Both the position numbers and the translations under genes were made by a program. A model generated the notes under the pieces. The model was not told the DNA's origin and ran no database searches. It worked only from the letters and a program-made list of their open reading frames with translations. This document shows positions 21,806 to 31,543 of a DNA stretch of 64,000 nucleotides, piece after piece; positions within the stretch are counted from its first letter, which is position 1, and each line of letters opens with the position of its first letter. The stretch comes from a bacterium (GTDB lineage Bacteria > RBG-13-61-14 > DATKZS01): positions 704,001 through 768,000 of the forward strand of contig CAXXFL010000005.1 in NCBI GenBank assembly GCA_963674965.2. The letters are read 5' to 3'.

Positions 21806-22252
21806 TTGATTTTGACCACCTACTGGAAACCAAGATGGCCCCATACCGTGCTCTTCGGGTCCTACGGGCCGCTCAATTACCGCATCGACGTGGGCCGGGC
21901 CGACGGGTCGTTCACGGTGCGGACCAGGTCGGGGCCGGGCTTTTATCTCTCGCTTGATCGGTCCCGCGATGGCCGGGGGCTCGAGATCCAGGGACCGCCT
22001 TCCGAGGAGGCCCAGGCCACGTGGCTTGGCCACGAGGAATCCAGGCAAAAGCTCGAGCGTCTTCTCAGTCTTCATTTTTCCCGAATTATCGTCACCCCGT
22101 CTTCGATCGAGTGCGTTTGCCGGCCCGCCGAACATGACGTCCTGCCCGAGGGGCCTCAACTGTCATATTGTCTCTCCCTTCTTCACGCCCTGTGGAAAAG
22201 GGTCCCGGAAAAAAGGAGAACGCGCATGGCCGATCAGGAGTATCTGGGCTAG
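21806..22252 (+). CDS. Hypothetical protein
   Basis: Fills the gap between miaA and the next gene on the same strand; no recognisable motif; start uncertain. Confidence 0.5.
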   Translation: MILTTYWKPRWPHTVLFGSYGPLNYRIDVGRADGSFTVRTRSGPGFYLSLDRSRDGRGLEIQGPPSEEAQATWLGHEESRQKLERLLSLHFSRIIVTPSSIECVCRPAEHDVLPEGPQLSYCLSLLHALWKRVPEKRRTRMADQEYLG

Positions 22253-22311
22253 GCTCCGTCCAATCATCCCTTTCGGATCGTCTCGGCGCGTGCTACCATG
22301 TCGGTCGGAGC

Positions 22312-23895
22312 ATGGAAAAGCACTCGAGATACTTTCGGCCCGAAAGCCCGGCCTGGGCCTTCCTCTTTGGAGCCGGCCCGCTGGTCATGGGGTTTTACGG
22401 CGGTCCTCTTTTTATCGACGACGCCTATATTACCTTTCGCTACGCCGAGAACCTGGCCCTGGGCAAGGGGTTCGTTTACAACGCCGACCCCATCCTGGGG
22501 GTTACCACGCCCCTTTACTGCCTGCTTCTGGCGGGGCTGAAATGGCTTGGCGTTCCCATCGAGAGCTCCGCCCTCGCTATCGGGGCCGTCTGTGCCGGGG
22601 CGGCTCCCGTTATAATATGGCTCATGGGCCGGGCCCTGTCTCGGCCCCTGGCCGGGTGGGTGGGCGCGCTTTTGCTTTGCCTTTTCCCCGCGTGGTGGCT
22701 TAACTCGAAGACGGGCATGGAGACCTGTCTGGGAGGCGCCCTGGCCGCGGCCGCGCTTTACGCGTACATAAAGGAGAGGCCGGCGGTCTGCGGCTTTTTA
22801 TGCGGGATCCTCGTGCTTACTCGCCCGGACGCCGCGACCCTGCCCGCGCTGATCTTCCTGGCCCTTTTGGTTCGGAGCCCGGGCAAGGCGGCCTGGTTCG
22901 GCTTTCTCGGCGTTATCTGCCTCGCGCCGTGGGTCGCCTATTCGGCGGCCATTTTCGGCTCCCCTCTTCCGCACTCGCTGGAGGCCAAGAGGCTGATTCA
23001 CTCGTATCCATGGCCCCAGGCCCTGTTTCATTACCTGGCCTGGTTCGGCTATATGAGGGACGCCTCGGAAAGCGCCGGGGCATTGGGACCGGGCCGGATG
23101 GCGCTCGGTCTTTCCATGGGCCTCATGTCTTTCCTTTATCTGGCGGGCCTGGCCCGGACCGTCTCGGAAAAAGGCAAGGCCGTTGTGGCCGCGGCCTGGC
23201 CCATCATCTTCATCGCCTCCTTGGCCCTCACCGGGGTGGGTCCGTTTTTCTGGTACAAGGTACCCGCCCTGCCCATGTACTTTTTCGCCTGCGGCTTCGG
23301 GGTCCTCTGGCTTCACGAGGCGGGAGGCGGGAAAAGGAGTCTCGCGCTTTTCGCCAAGGCCGCGGCCGTCTTCTTCGTCGCGGCGCAGCTTGTAAACGCC
23401 TATCCCATGGTCTCCAGCGCCGGCCGCCGCGCCGAGTTCATCGACAAGGAAAGGGCGCTGAGAGAGGCGGCCCAGGCCGTGGACGAGCGGGTGTCGGAAC
23501 TTGGCTTGTTTCCTGACTCGGTCAAGGTCTACGCCGGCGAGGTGGGCGTGGTCGGCTACGAGCTCGGCCGCTACTTCATGATCGACAGCGCGGGCATCAA
23601 CTCGCGGGAGGTGACCGAGATTCGGCTTCGCGACTGGGAGAGGGCCAGAGCCAATGACCCTAGCCTGGACTGGCGCGACAAGTGGCGGGGCACGCCCGAG
23701 TGGAGCCGGGAGGTGATCGGCAAATTCAAGCCCGACTATATCGTGTCGGACGTCAGGTACGTCCATTTAAAAACGCTGGCCGAGGACCCCGAGTTTCGAA
23801 AGACCTACCTTCTTCTCAAGTCGTGGGACTATAAGGACGGCAAGATCGTGGCGCTCGAGCGAAAACGCCAAGGGCCCGCGAAGGGCCCCGAGTGA
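22312..23895 (+). CDS. GT-C-like membrane protein (AftB-like DDAYI motif)
   Basis: DDAYITFRYAENLA.G.G..YN, G.TTPLY, GMET, LTRPD, GVVGY, IDSAGI; start placed at ATG 22312. Confidence 0.8.
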   Translation: MEKHSRYFRPESPAWAFLFGAGPLVMGFYGGPLFIDDAYITFRYAENLALGKGFVYNADPILGVTTPLYCLLLAGLKWLGVPIESSALAIGAVCAGAAPVIIWLMGRALSRPLAGWVGALLLCLFPAWWLNSKTGMETCLGGALAAAALYAYIKERPAVCGFLCGILVLTRPDAATLPALIFLALLVRSPGKAAWFGFLGVICLAPWVAYSAAIFGSPLPHSLEAKRLIHSYPWPQALFHYLAWFGYMRDASESAGALGPGRMALGLSMGLMSFLYLAGLARTVSEKGKAVVAAAWPIIFIASLALTGVGPFFWYKVPALPMYFFACGFGVLWLHEAGGGKRSLALFAKAAAVFFVAAQLVNAYPMVSSAGRRAEFIDKERALREAAQAVDERVSELGLFPDSVKVYAGEVGVVGYELGRYFMIDSAGINSREVTEIRLRDWERARANDPSLDWRDKWRGTPEWSREVIGKFKPDYIVSDVRYVHLKTLAEDPEFRKTYLLLKSWDYKDGKIVALERKRQGPAKGPE

Positions 23896-24140
23896 ACCCG
23901 TGGAAATCGAATCATACCGGCGATTTTTTCGTCTTATTCCGTATGGCCCATGAAGCGGGCGTCGATCATCATTATTCTTTGCCCGGAACCGGACGTTTGG
24001 TAAAGGTTTGGCCGCCGTCTCCCCCCGCTGGGGAAAAATGAGGGAAGTTCACTTTACAATGGCTTAGTACTGAGTAATAATTCTATTGAGGATTAAGGTA
24101 ATAGAAGACGTAAATATTTTTTGCATAGCGCAAGGCGCCA

Positions 24141-26318
24141 TTGAGCACGCTCCTCATAAGGAAGTATTCCAGGCCCGTTCTTCAGGCGATCGTCTTGCGC
24201 GCGCCGGCATCGCGTGAGCGCGTAAATTTGATAAATATTTTTTCCAGAATGTGGGATTTCCTTCGCTCGATCATCGAAATCGGCGTCAGGTCCGACATGG
24301 GCCCTTCCGAGGCCAAGTACGTCCGTATTATCAACATATGGGTCCTGGCCCCCGTTTTTCTGACTCCCTATTACCTCTTCTTCGCCTTGTACTTTAAGGC
24401 GCCTCTAACGTTTATAATGCTGGCCACCGTTACTTCTTTTACCATGCCGGTGTTGTATTTAAATTACAGGGGCTGGATGAAATTCTCCCGTGCCTACTAT
24501 ATCACGATATGGAACATATATTACTGCGTCGTTTCGGTCACGCTGGGACCCGAGACCCTGACCCATTACTTTATTTTCACCAGCATCGGCGTGGCCATCG
24601 TCATCACGCCAAAGGGGGAGGGCCTTCAGCTTTTCCTGCTCATCGTTCAGAGCCTGATCGCCTATAACATTGCCCGGTATCTTCATCATTATATCCCGCC
24701 GCGTTACGCCTTTACGCCGGGCGAGATGAAATTCATCACCTTGTCCATGGAATACGGTGTTTTGGCCATCATCATCTTTTTCGCCATGGCCGCTCGGGTG
24801 GGGGCCATTTTCGCGGAGGACGAAAACGACCTCCGCTTCAGCTCGATGGCCGAGCTTCTGCCCGAGGCCGTGTGCGAGATAGACGAAAAGGGCCGCTTCG
24901 TCTACATGAACGCCATTTGCAGGGCCCGCTTCGGCGTCGAGCGGGGAGCGGAAAAGGGTTACGCGCTTCAAGATATGGTAGTCGCCGAGGAGGGCGAAAG
25001 ACTCTCGGAGCTTCTTGCCCGGGCTATGAACGGCGACGGGTCCGAGTCGGACGAGTTCACGGGCATCGGTCCCGGCGGCGGCAAATTCCCCATGGCCCTT
25101 TATTGCAAGTCGCGAGTGCTGCTTCGCAAAAAGGCCGGCGTCAGGGCCATCATCATCGATCTGACCGAGCGAAAGCGCCTCGAAACGGAGCTTCTTAACG
25201 CCAAGCGACTCGAGTCTGTCGGGCTTCTCGCCGGCGGCCTGGCGCATGACTTCAACAACATCCTGGTTTCCGTGGCCGGCAACCTTCAGCTCGCCATCCT
25301 GGGCACCGAGCCCGACGAGGAGATTTCCGAATATCTCGAGGTTGCCGAGAAAGGCTGCTTTCGGGCCAGGGAGCTTACGCAGCGCTTCCTTACCTTCTCG
25401 AGGGGAGGAGCGCCGCTTAAAAAGCCGGCCTCGGTCGAGGCCATCGTAAGGGAAGCGGCCGGCATATGCCTTCACGGCTCCGACCTCGAGTTCCATTTCT
25501 CGGCGCCCGATGACCTCTGGTCCATCGAGGTTGACTCGGGCCAGATCGGACAGGTCATCAGCAACGTACTGAGGAACGCCGAGCAGGCCATGCCCGAGGG
25601 GGGGAAGATCATCGTGTCCGCCCAGAACGTGGCCATAGAGAACTCCGAGCCCGGCGGTCTGGAAGCGGGCAACTACGTTCAAGTCTCGATCACCGACGAG
25701 GGCCACGGCATGGATAATGACGTTCTTGCCAACCTCTTCGATCCATACTTCACCACCAAGGAGGAAGGACACGGGCTGGGTTTGGCCATTGCCTTTCGCA
25801 TCGTGAGGAACCATGGCGGGAACATCACCGTGGAAAGCGCGCCGCGAAGGGGGGCCACCTTCCACGTCTTTTTGGGCGCCACCGAGACGGAGCCGGAGGA
25901 GGAAGCGGCCGAGGACCCCGATTTTATTGCCGGAAGCGGCCGGATACTGGTAATGGACGACGATCCCGAGGCCCGGGAAACGGCCGTCAAGATTCTGGAG
26001 AAAACCGGGTACCAGGTCGTCACCGCCAAAGACGGCGAGAGGGCCGTGAACCTCTATAAGGAATACATGGAAAAGGGAAAGAAGTTCGACGTGGCCCTCA
26101 TCGACCTGGTCGTGCCCAACGGCATGGGCGGCGTGGCGACGATCAAGGCCCTTAAAAAAATCGATCCCCAGGTCAAGGCCGTCATCGTGAGCGCCTACTC
26201 CGAGGACGCGGCCATAGGCAATTTCGAAAAGCTCGGCTTCATGGACGCCGTTGTCAAGCCCTACAAAATAAAAGAGATAAGCGCGGTCATCCACGAGGCA
26301 ATGAAAACGCGGCAATAA
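24141..26318 (+). CDS. Membrane hybrid sensor histidine kinase (TM sensor-PAS-HisKA-HATPase-REC); start may be 24249
   Basis: AHDFNNIL H-box, N..RNA, FDPYFTTK, GLGL, REC ILVMDDD...D...KP. Confidence 0.93.
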   Translation: MSTLLIRKYSRPVLQAIVLRAPASRERVNLINIFSRMWDFLRSIIEIGVRSDMGPSEAKYVRIINIWVLAPVFLTPYYLFFALYFKAPLTFIMLATVTSFTMPVLYLNYRGWMKFSRAYYITIWNIYYCVVSVTLGPETLTHYFIFTSIGVAIVITPKGEGLQLFLLIVQSLIAYNIARYLHHYIPPRYAFTPGEMKFITLSMEYGVLAIIIFFAMAARVGAIFAEDENDLRFSSMAELLPEAVCEIDEKGRFVYMNAICRARFGVERGAEKGYALQDMVVAEEGERLSELLARAMNGDGSESDEFTGIGPGGGKFPMALYCKSRVLLRKKAGVRAIIIDLTERKRLETELLNAKRLESVGLLAGGLAHDFNNILVSVAGNLQLAILGTEPDEEISEYLEVAEKGCFRARELTQRFLTFSRGGAPLKKPASVEAIVREAAGICLHGSDLEFHFSAPDDLWSIEVDSGQIGQVISNVLRNAEQAMPEGGKIIVSAQNVAIENSEPGGLEAGNYVQVSITDEGHGMDNDVLANLFDPYFTTKEEGHGLGLAIAFRIVRNHGGNITVESAPRRGATFHVFLGATETEPEEEAAEDPDFIAGSGRILVMDDDPEARETAVKILEKTGYQVVTAKDGERAVNLYKEYMEKGKKFDVALIDLVVPNGMGGVATIKALKKIDPQVKAVIVSAYSEDAAIGNFEKLGFMDAVVKPYKIKEISAVIHEAMKTRQ

Positions 26319-26356
26319 TGCAGGGCAAGTATTCCCGCGAACGATCCGCGCCTTCC

Positions 26357-27397
26357 CTAAGGACTATTACCACCAGGCCCGGCGTCCGTCCGCTCGACGC
26401 GGTCCTCGTCTCCTTCCGAGGGGGGAGAGATAAGGGGCGCCGTGTCCCTGTGGGCGCCGAATATGGAAGCCAGTATACTGACGCCAAGTATTCCCGCGAT
26501 AATGGAAAGGGAAACCACCGTCGGGATGGGATGATGATGGGACAAAAGCATCTTGACGCCCACGAAGGCAAGAAGGAACACGAGCCCCATCTTTAAAAAC
26601 CTGAATTTGTCCATCACTCCGGCAAGGGCGAAATAAAGGGAGCGGAGGCCGAGTATGGCGAAGATATTCGAGGTGAATACCAGGAAAGGGTCCCGAGTGA
26701 CGGCGAAGATGGCGGGAATGGAATCCACCGCGAAAAGCACGTCGCTGCTCTCGACCATGAGAAGGACAAGAAAAAGCGGGGTGACGGCCCTTTTATTTCC
26801 GACCCTTGTAAAGAAACGCTCGCCGTCTATTTCCGAGCTCAGGGGAAACAGCTTGCGGGCGAGCCTAATAAAGGGGTTCTTCTCCGGCTCGAGGTTGTCG
26901 TGACGCTCGATGAGCATCTTGACCGCCGTGAGTATCAGGAAGGCCCCGAAAACGTAGACGATCCAGTTAAACCTCGCTATCAGGGCGGACCCCGCCGCGA
27001 TCATCAGGCCCCTTAAGATCAGAGCGCCTAAAATTCCGAAAAAAAGCACCCTGTGCTGGTACATGCCCGGTACCCGGAAATAAGCGAAAATCAGGGCTAT
27101 CACGAAAATGTTGTCCAGGCTGAGCGACTTTTCGATAACGTATCCCGTGAAGAACTGAAGAGCGGCCTGTTTGCCCGAGAGCTCGTGTCCGATCTCGAGC
27201 CCGACGCCAAAGAGGTGGCGCTCGTACATAAAATATATGGCCACGTTAAAGATCATGGCCAGGGATATCCAGAAAGCGCTCCAAGCCAGGGCCTCCTTGA
27301 CGGCAATGGCGTGGGCCTTGCGGTTAAATACTCCAAGGTCGAGGCCGAGCAGGGCCAGAACAAAAAGAATAAAGCCTATCCAGATTAAAGGATTCAT
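26357..27397 (-). CDS. terC: TerC/Alx family membrane protein
   Basis: IEKSLSLDNIFV, QHRVLFFG, DVLFAVDSIPAIFA, SNIFAILGLRSLYF. Confidence 0.93.
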   Translation of the reverse strand: MNPLIWIGFILFVLALLGLDLGVFNRKAHAIAVKEALAWSAFWISLAMIFNVAIYFMYERHLFGVGLEIGHELSGKQAALQFFTGYVIEKSLSLDNIFVIALIFAYFRVPGMYQHRVLFFGILGALILRGLMIAAGSALIARFNWIVYVFGAFLILTAVKMLIERHDNLEPEKNPFIRLARKLFPLSSEIDGERFFTRVGNKRAVTPLFLVLLMVESSDVLFAVDSIPAIFAVTRDPFLVFTSNIFAILGLRSLYFALAGVMDKFRFLKMGLVFLLAFVGVKMLLSHHHPIPTVVSLSIIAGILGVSILASIFGAHRDTAPLISPPSEGDEDRVERTDAGPGGNSP

Positions 27398-27576
27398 TTG
27401 CCAACCGCCCGCTTGCTACCGAAGCAATGACGTCATCCAAATAAACAAAGTTTAAGAAGCACCGATACAATAACGACAAAAACAACCAAATAAAGAGTAG
27501 TTACCTCTCACCGCGACAATTATATCACAACGGGCTATTAAAGTACGATGATTTTTTTTGTTTTCAGACCCATATG

Positions 27577-27605
27577 TTGACAAGGCGCCGCTTGGGTGCT
27601 ACTAT
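27577..27605 (+). promoter_or_regulatory. sigma70 promoter of the Ni/Co uptake operon
   Basis: TTGACA-N17-TACTAT with TG extended -10. Confidence 0.75.
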
Positions 27606-27622
27606 ATTTTTTATATTGTTAC
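27596..27622. promoter_or_regulatory. Candidate NikR-type operator overlapping the -10 box
   Basis: GTGCTAC-N13(all A/T)-TTGTTAC; resembles Geobacter NikR sites as recalled, not verified. Confidence 0.5.
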
Positions 27623-27639
27623 CAGAAGGGAAAAATTAA

Positions 27640-28429
27640 AATGAGTAAAATTTGGAAAGCGGCTATCGTATTGATGTTTTGCGCCTTTTCCGCGTCGGCC
27701 CACTACCACGCCATCGCGCCGGAAGACTACGGAAAATGGCAAATAAGAAAAGGCGAACAAGTACCATATCAACTTATCTGGGGACACGGATTCGAGCATA
27801 TCTGGTTCAATATCGTTAAGCCCCAGTCCTTCGAGGCCATTGATCCGGAGGGAAAAAAGACCGACCTTATTCCCCTCCTTAAAGAAATCAAGGTCAAGGC
27901 CGTTTCGGGAGAGGAGTTCCTCGCCTACTCCTTCGAGTTGAAGCCCGAGGCCCGGGGAGATTACATCCTTTCCCTGGTGGCCGGTCCCCAATGGGACGAG
28001 GAGGACGGAGTATGGCTTCAGGATTACGCCAAGGCCGTGATGCACGTGCAGGCGGAGATGGACTGGGACCGGGCCGCCGGCACGCCCCTCGAGGTCATGC
28101 CCCTTTCCCGGCCCTACGGCTTTTTGCCCGGCGGCGCTCTCAGCTTTCGCGTTCTTAAAAATGGAAAACCCCTGGCGGGGGTCCGGGTCGAGCGCGAGCT
28201 TTACATGGCCAAGACCCCGGCGGAGAGCGACCTTCCCTCCGAGCCCTTTATCGCCTACTCGGCCAGGTCCAACGCCGCCGGCGAGGTGACCTTTTCCTTT
28301 CCCACGGCGGGCTGGTATGGCATAACGGCCATGGCCGAGCCGGGCGGGAAGATGGCCAAGGACGGCCATGAAGGCCCCGTGGTCGAGCGGGCCACCATGT
28401 GGGTATACGTTTCGCCCAAGCCGGAATAA
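27640..28429 (+). CDS. DUF4198 (NikK/CbiK-like) periplasmic component
   Basis: Signal peptide ending ASA-H; WGHGFE; DYAK; PLEVMPLSRPYG; start ATG 27640. Confidence 0.85.
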
Positions 28430-28454
28430 CGGCGCCGCCGACGGGAGAAGCTAT

Positions 28455-29321
28455 TTGCATATTTCCGACGGGATACTGGCGGGGTCGACCTCGGCGGCCG
28501 GGTTCGTGGCCGCCGGGGGACTCGTGGCCATTGGCCTGGCCAGGTCCAGGGAGACGGATATGGCCAAGGCCGGGCTTTTGACCGCCTCCTTTTTCCTGGC
28601 CAGCCTGGTGAGAATCCCCCTGCCCGGCACCAGCGTGCATCTTCTCCTGGCCTCCCTCAACGGCATCGCCCTGGGGACATTATGTTTCCCGTCCATCTTC
28701 ATCGCTCTATTACTCCAGGCCCTGCTATTCGGTCACGGTGGGGTGTCCTCCCTCGGGGTCAACACGGTTATCATGGCCCTTCCGGCCTATCTCGCGGGAG
28801 TGGCCTTTCGAGCGGGACTCCGGCGGAGCATGAGCGGATGGACGCCTTTTATCGTCAGTCTCGCCGCCTCTTTTATTTTAGCGGCCAAGCTGTCCTTTGA
28901 CGCGCTTTTTTCGGCGGGACTCATCGAGTCGAGCCTGCCCTGGATTTTCGCCGTGCCCAGCGGGGCCGCCGCCGCGCTCCTGGCCTCCCTAACCTTCAAG
29001 TACGCCGTGCCCTCGACGCCCGAGCACAGGTGGGGCTTTGCCATGGGATCGCTGGCCGTATTGGGAAGCGCCTCGCTTTTCTACCTGGTCCTCGCTTTCG
29101 CGCCCCTTTCCGATTACGCGGCCAGGGAGGGCTTCAAGGAACTGGCCAGGTTCGCCTTCGTATCCCACGTGCCCATCATCATCGCCGAGGGCGCCATAGT
29201 GGCCATGCTCATCAAGTACCTGGCCGCGGTCAGTCCCGAGCTTCTCGGGACCTCGGGCAAAAACGGGCGAGCCGACGCCGAGGGGCAAGGCTCGTTTGAA
29301 GCCCGCGAGTCCGCGAAGTAA
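28455..29321 (+). CDS. cbiM: Cobalt/nickel ECF transporter S component
   Basis: TTG start after GGGAG gives the required N-terminus MHISDGIL; TSVHL, LQALLFGHGG..SLGVN, H.PI...EG. Confidence 0.9.
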   Translation: MHISDGILAGSTSAAGFVAAGGLVAIGLARSRETDMAKAGLLTASFFLASLVRIPLPGTSVHLLLASLNGIALGTLCFPSIFIALLLQALLFGHGGVSSLGVNTVIMALPAYLAGVAFRAGLRRSMSGWTPFIVSLAASFILAAKLSFDALFSAGLIESSLPWIFAVPSGAAAALLASLTFKYAVPSTPEHRWGFAMGSLAVLGSASLFYLVLAFAPLSDYAAREGFKELARFAFVSHVPIIIAEGAIVAMLIKYLAAVSPELLGTSGKNGRADAEGQGSFEARESAK

Positions 29322-29361
29322 TATACCCTTAATCCCGTTACTTTATCTGAAGGGGAGTCAA

Positions 29362-29973
29362 ATGTATTTTCCGGTGGATGCCCTATTGATGAAAAAGCCG
29401 CGTATCCTGGTTTTTGCCGCTATTATTTTAGCGGGTTTGTTTCCGATGATGGCTCTCGCTCACGCCGCGGGCGGCGACGCCTACGTGGTGGAGGGAGGAA
29501 AAATCCTTATCGAGGGCTGGATGGGAGGCAACGAGATACCCGAGCACGCTACGGTAAAAGTCCTTAGCCCGGACGGTTCCCTGGTCTTCGAGGGGAAGAT
29601 GAATGAGGGAAGGGCCGAGTTCTCGCCCGAGAAGGCCCTGCGATATAAAATCATCATCGACATGGGAAACGGACACGGCAAGACCTTCGACCTTCATCCC
29701 GACGAGCTGAAAAAGCTCGAGTCCGCCTTGGCCGGGAAAAATGAGCAAGGCAAATCCGTGCCAAAGCCTGAAGGGGTATCGAAGGCGGAGCCTCCGAGGC
29801 AAGTCTCGCCGCCCCCGCCCCGGAGGTCGCCGGGAGGGTCCGGGTTCGATCTGGCCATAAAGGCGATCATCGGCCTCCTGGTCATCACCCAGATCGTGAC
29901 CCTTAGCCGGCTTCGGGACCTTACAAAAGAAGTACGCGAGTTAAAGGAGAGCGCGAAAACGGATGGCCGCTGA
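29362..29973 (+). CDS. CbiL/NikL-like accessory component
   Basis: GGGGAG RBS; signal peptide ending ALA-H; G.GH motif; Pro-rich linker and C-terminal TM; lies between cbiM and cbiQ. Confidence 0.65.
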   Translation: MYFPVDALLMKKPRILVFAAIILAGLFPMMALAHAAGGDAYVVEGGKILIEGWMGGNEIPEHATVKVLSPDGSLVFEGKMNEGRAEFSPEKALRYKIIIDMGNGHGKTFDLHPDELKKLESALAGKNEQGKSVPKPEGVSKAEPPRQVSPPPPRRSPGGSGFDLAIKAIIGLLVITQIVTLSRLRDLTKEVRELKESAKTDGR

Positions 29974-30751
29974 TCTCGGCTCACACTCTCACGATCACTC
30001 TCATTTTCCAGGCGAGCGCCGTCCGCTCGTCATCGACCGGGTGCATCCCAGTTGCCGGCTGGCAAGCGCCTGCGCCTGGATCGCCCTGGCCGCCGTTTGC
30101 AGGGACGCCTGGATTCTGTCCATGATCATGGCGGTCTGGACTTTGCTGGCCCTGGCTTTCGGTCCCGCGCCGGGCCAGACCCTGTCCAGGATGGGCGGCC
30201 TGGCGCTGGCGCTTTTGCCGGCGTGGGCGATACTCCCTCTTTTCGGGGATGGAGAGGGGTTCGAGCTTATGGGCCTTGGCTTTCATTTCTCCGGACTTTC
30301 CTCCGCGGCCGCTCTCCAGGCCAAGTCCACGGCCATACTCGCCATGGTGCTTTTCCACGGCGGCGATACGCCCTGGAACAAGTGGGTGTGGGGCGCGAGA
30401 AAGATCGGGGCCCCGAGATCGCTCGTAAGCCTTTTCACCTTCACCCTCAGGTACATGCCCCTCTTGGCTGAGGAGGGCAAAAGGACCATGACCGCCGCCA
30501 GGGCCAGGGGCTTTGACGGGGGCTTCGGAACGAGGGGCTACGCCGGGTACGCGTCCATTATCGGCTCGGGACTGGTTAGAAGCTATCACCGGTCCGAGCG
30601 CGTTACCCGCGCCCTCCAGGCCAGGAGCTTCGGCGGCGACTACCACGTGCTTTCCGAGCCCGATTTGGGCAAAGCCGACTTGGGCTTTACAATTGTTTCC
30701 ATCGCCCTGGCCGCGGCGCCGCTCGCGTATCGGTTCCTTATCGCCGGGTGA
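29963..30751 (+). CDS. cbiQ: ECF transporter T component
   Basis: FTLRY, A.ARGF, RSERV..AL.ARSF. Confidence 0.88.
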   Translation: MAADLGSHSHDHSHFPGERRPLVIDRVHPSCRLASACAWIALAAVCRDAWILSMIMAVWTLLALAFGPAPGQTLSRMGGLALALLPAWAILPLFGDGEGFELMGLGFHFSGLSSAAALQAKSTAILAMVLFHGGDTPWNKWVWGARKIGAPRSLVSLFTFTLRYMPLLAEEGKRTMTAARARGFDGGFGTRGYAGYASIIGSGLVRSYHRSERVTRALQARSFGGDYHVLSEPDLGKADLGFTIVSIALAAAPLAYRFLIAG

Positions 30752-30763
30752 TGGGAGTCCCGA

Positions 30764-31531
30764 TTGAATGAAGTAAATCCACCGGATGCCGGCTCGGTCG
30801 AGATCAGCGGGCTGTCCTATTCCTATCCCGGCGGCATTATGGCCCTCGAGAAGGTTTCCCTCGAGGCGCGGCCCGGCGAGAAGCTCGGCCTTATCGGACC
30901 CAACGGGGCGGGAAAGTCAACCCTGTTCCTTTGCATTCTGGGCCTGGTCGAGGGCTTCATGGGCGAGGTAAAAGTCGGAGGACTGAGCGCGACCGAGAAG
31001 CGCGATCTGGGCCGCCTTCGCCGGGAGGTGGGTCTCGTTTTCCAGGACGCGGACGATCAACTGTTCAACCCGACGGTGATTGAGGACGTGGCTTTCGGTC
31101 CTCTCAACCTGGGCCTTCCCAAAGAGGACGCCCTGCAAAGGTCCGAGACCGCCCTTGCCCAGGTTGGCTTTCCGTCCGAGCTGTTCGAGCGGCCGCCCCA
31201 CATGCTCTCGGGCGGACAAAAACGGCGCGCCGCCATCGCCGGCATCCTGGCCATGGAACCGAGCGTAATCCTGCTTGACGAGCCGACCTCGGACCTGGAC
31301 CCGAGGGGAAGACGGAACCTGGCCCGCCTTCTTTCCTCCCTTCCCCAGACCATGCTTATTGCTTCCCACGACCTCGAGTTCGTGCTCATGACCTGTGATC
31401 GCGTGGCCCTTTTAAACGGCGGCAGGAAGATAACCGAGGGTGAGACGAGGGTCGTCATGGCCGACGAGGCGCTCATGGAGGAGAACCGACTCGAGAAGCC
31501 TCATTCCCTGATCGCGCATAAGCACGGATAG
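30764..31531 (+). CDS. cbiO: ECF transporter ATPase
   Basis: GPNGAGKST, FQDADDQLF, DVAFGP.N, LSGGQ, LLDEPT. Confidence 0.92.
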   Translation: MNEVNPPDAGSVEISGLSYSYPGGIMALEKVSLEARPGEKLGLIGPNGAGKSTLFLCILGLVEGFMGEVKVGGLSATEKRDLGRLRREVGLVFQDADDQLFNPTVIEDVAFGPLNLGLPKEDALQRSETALAQVGFPSELFERPPHMLSGGQKRRAAIAGILAMEPSVILLDEPTSDLDPRGRRNLARLLSSLPQTMLIASHDLEFVLMTCDRVALLNGGRKITEGETRVVMADEALMEENRLEKPHSLIAHKHG

Positions 31532-31543
31532 GGAAGACGGTTC

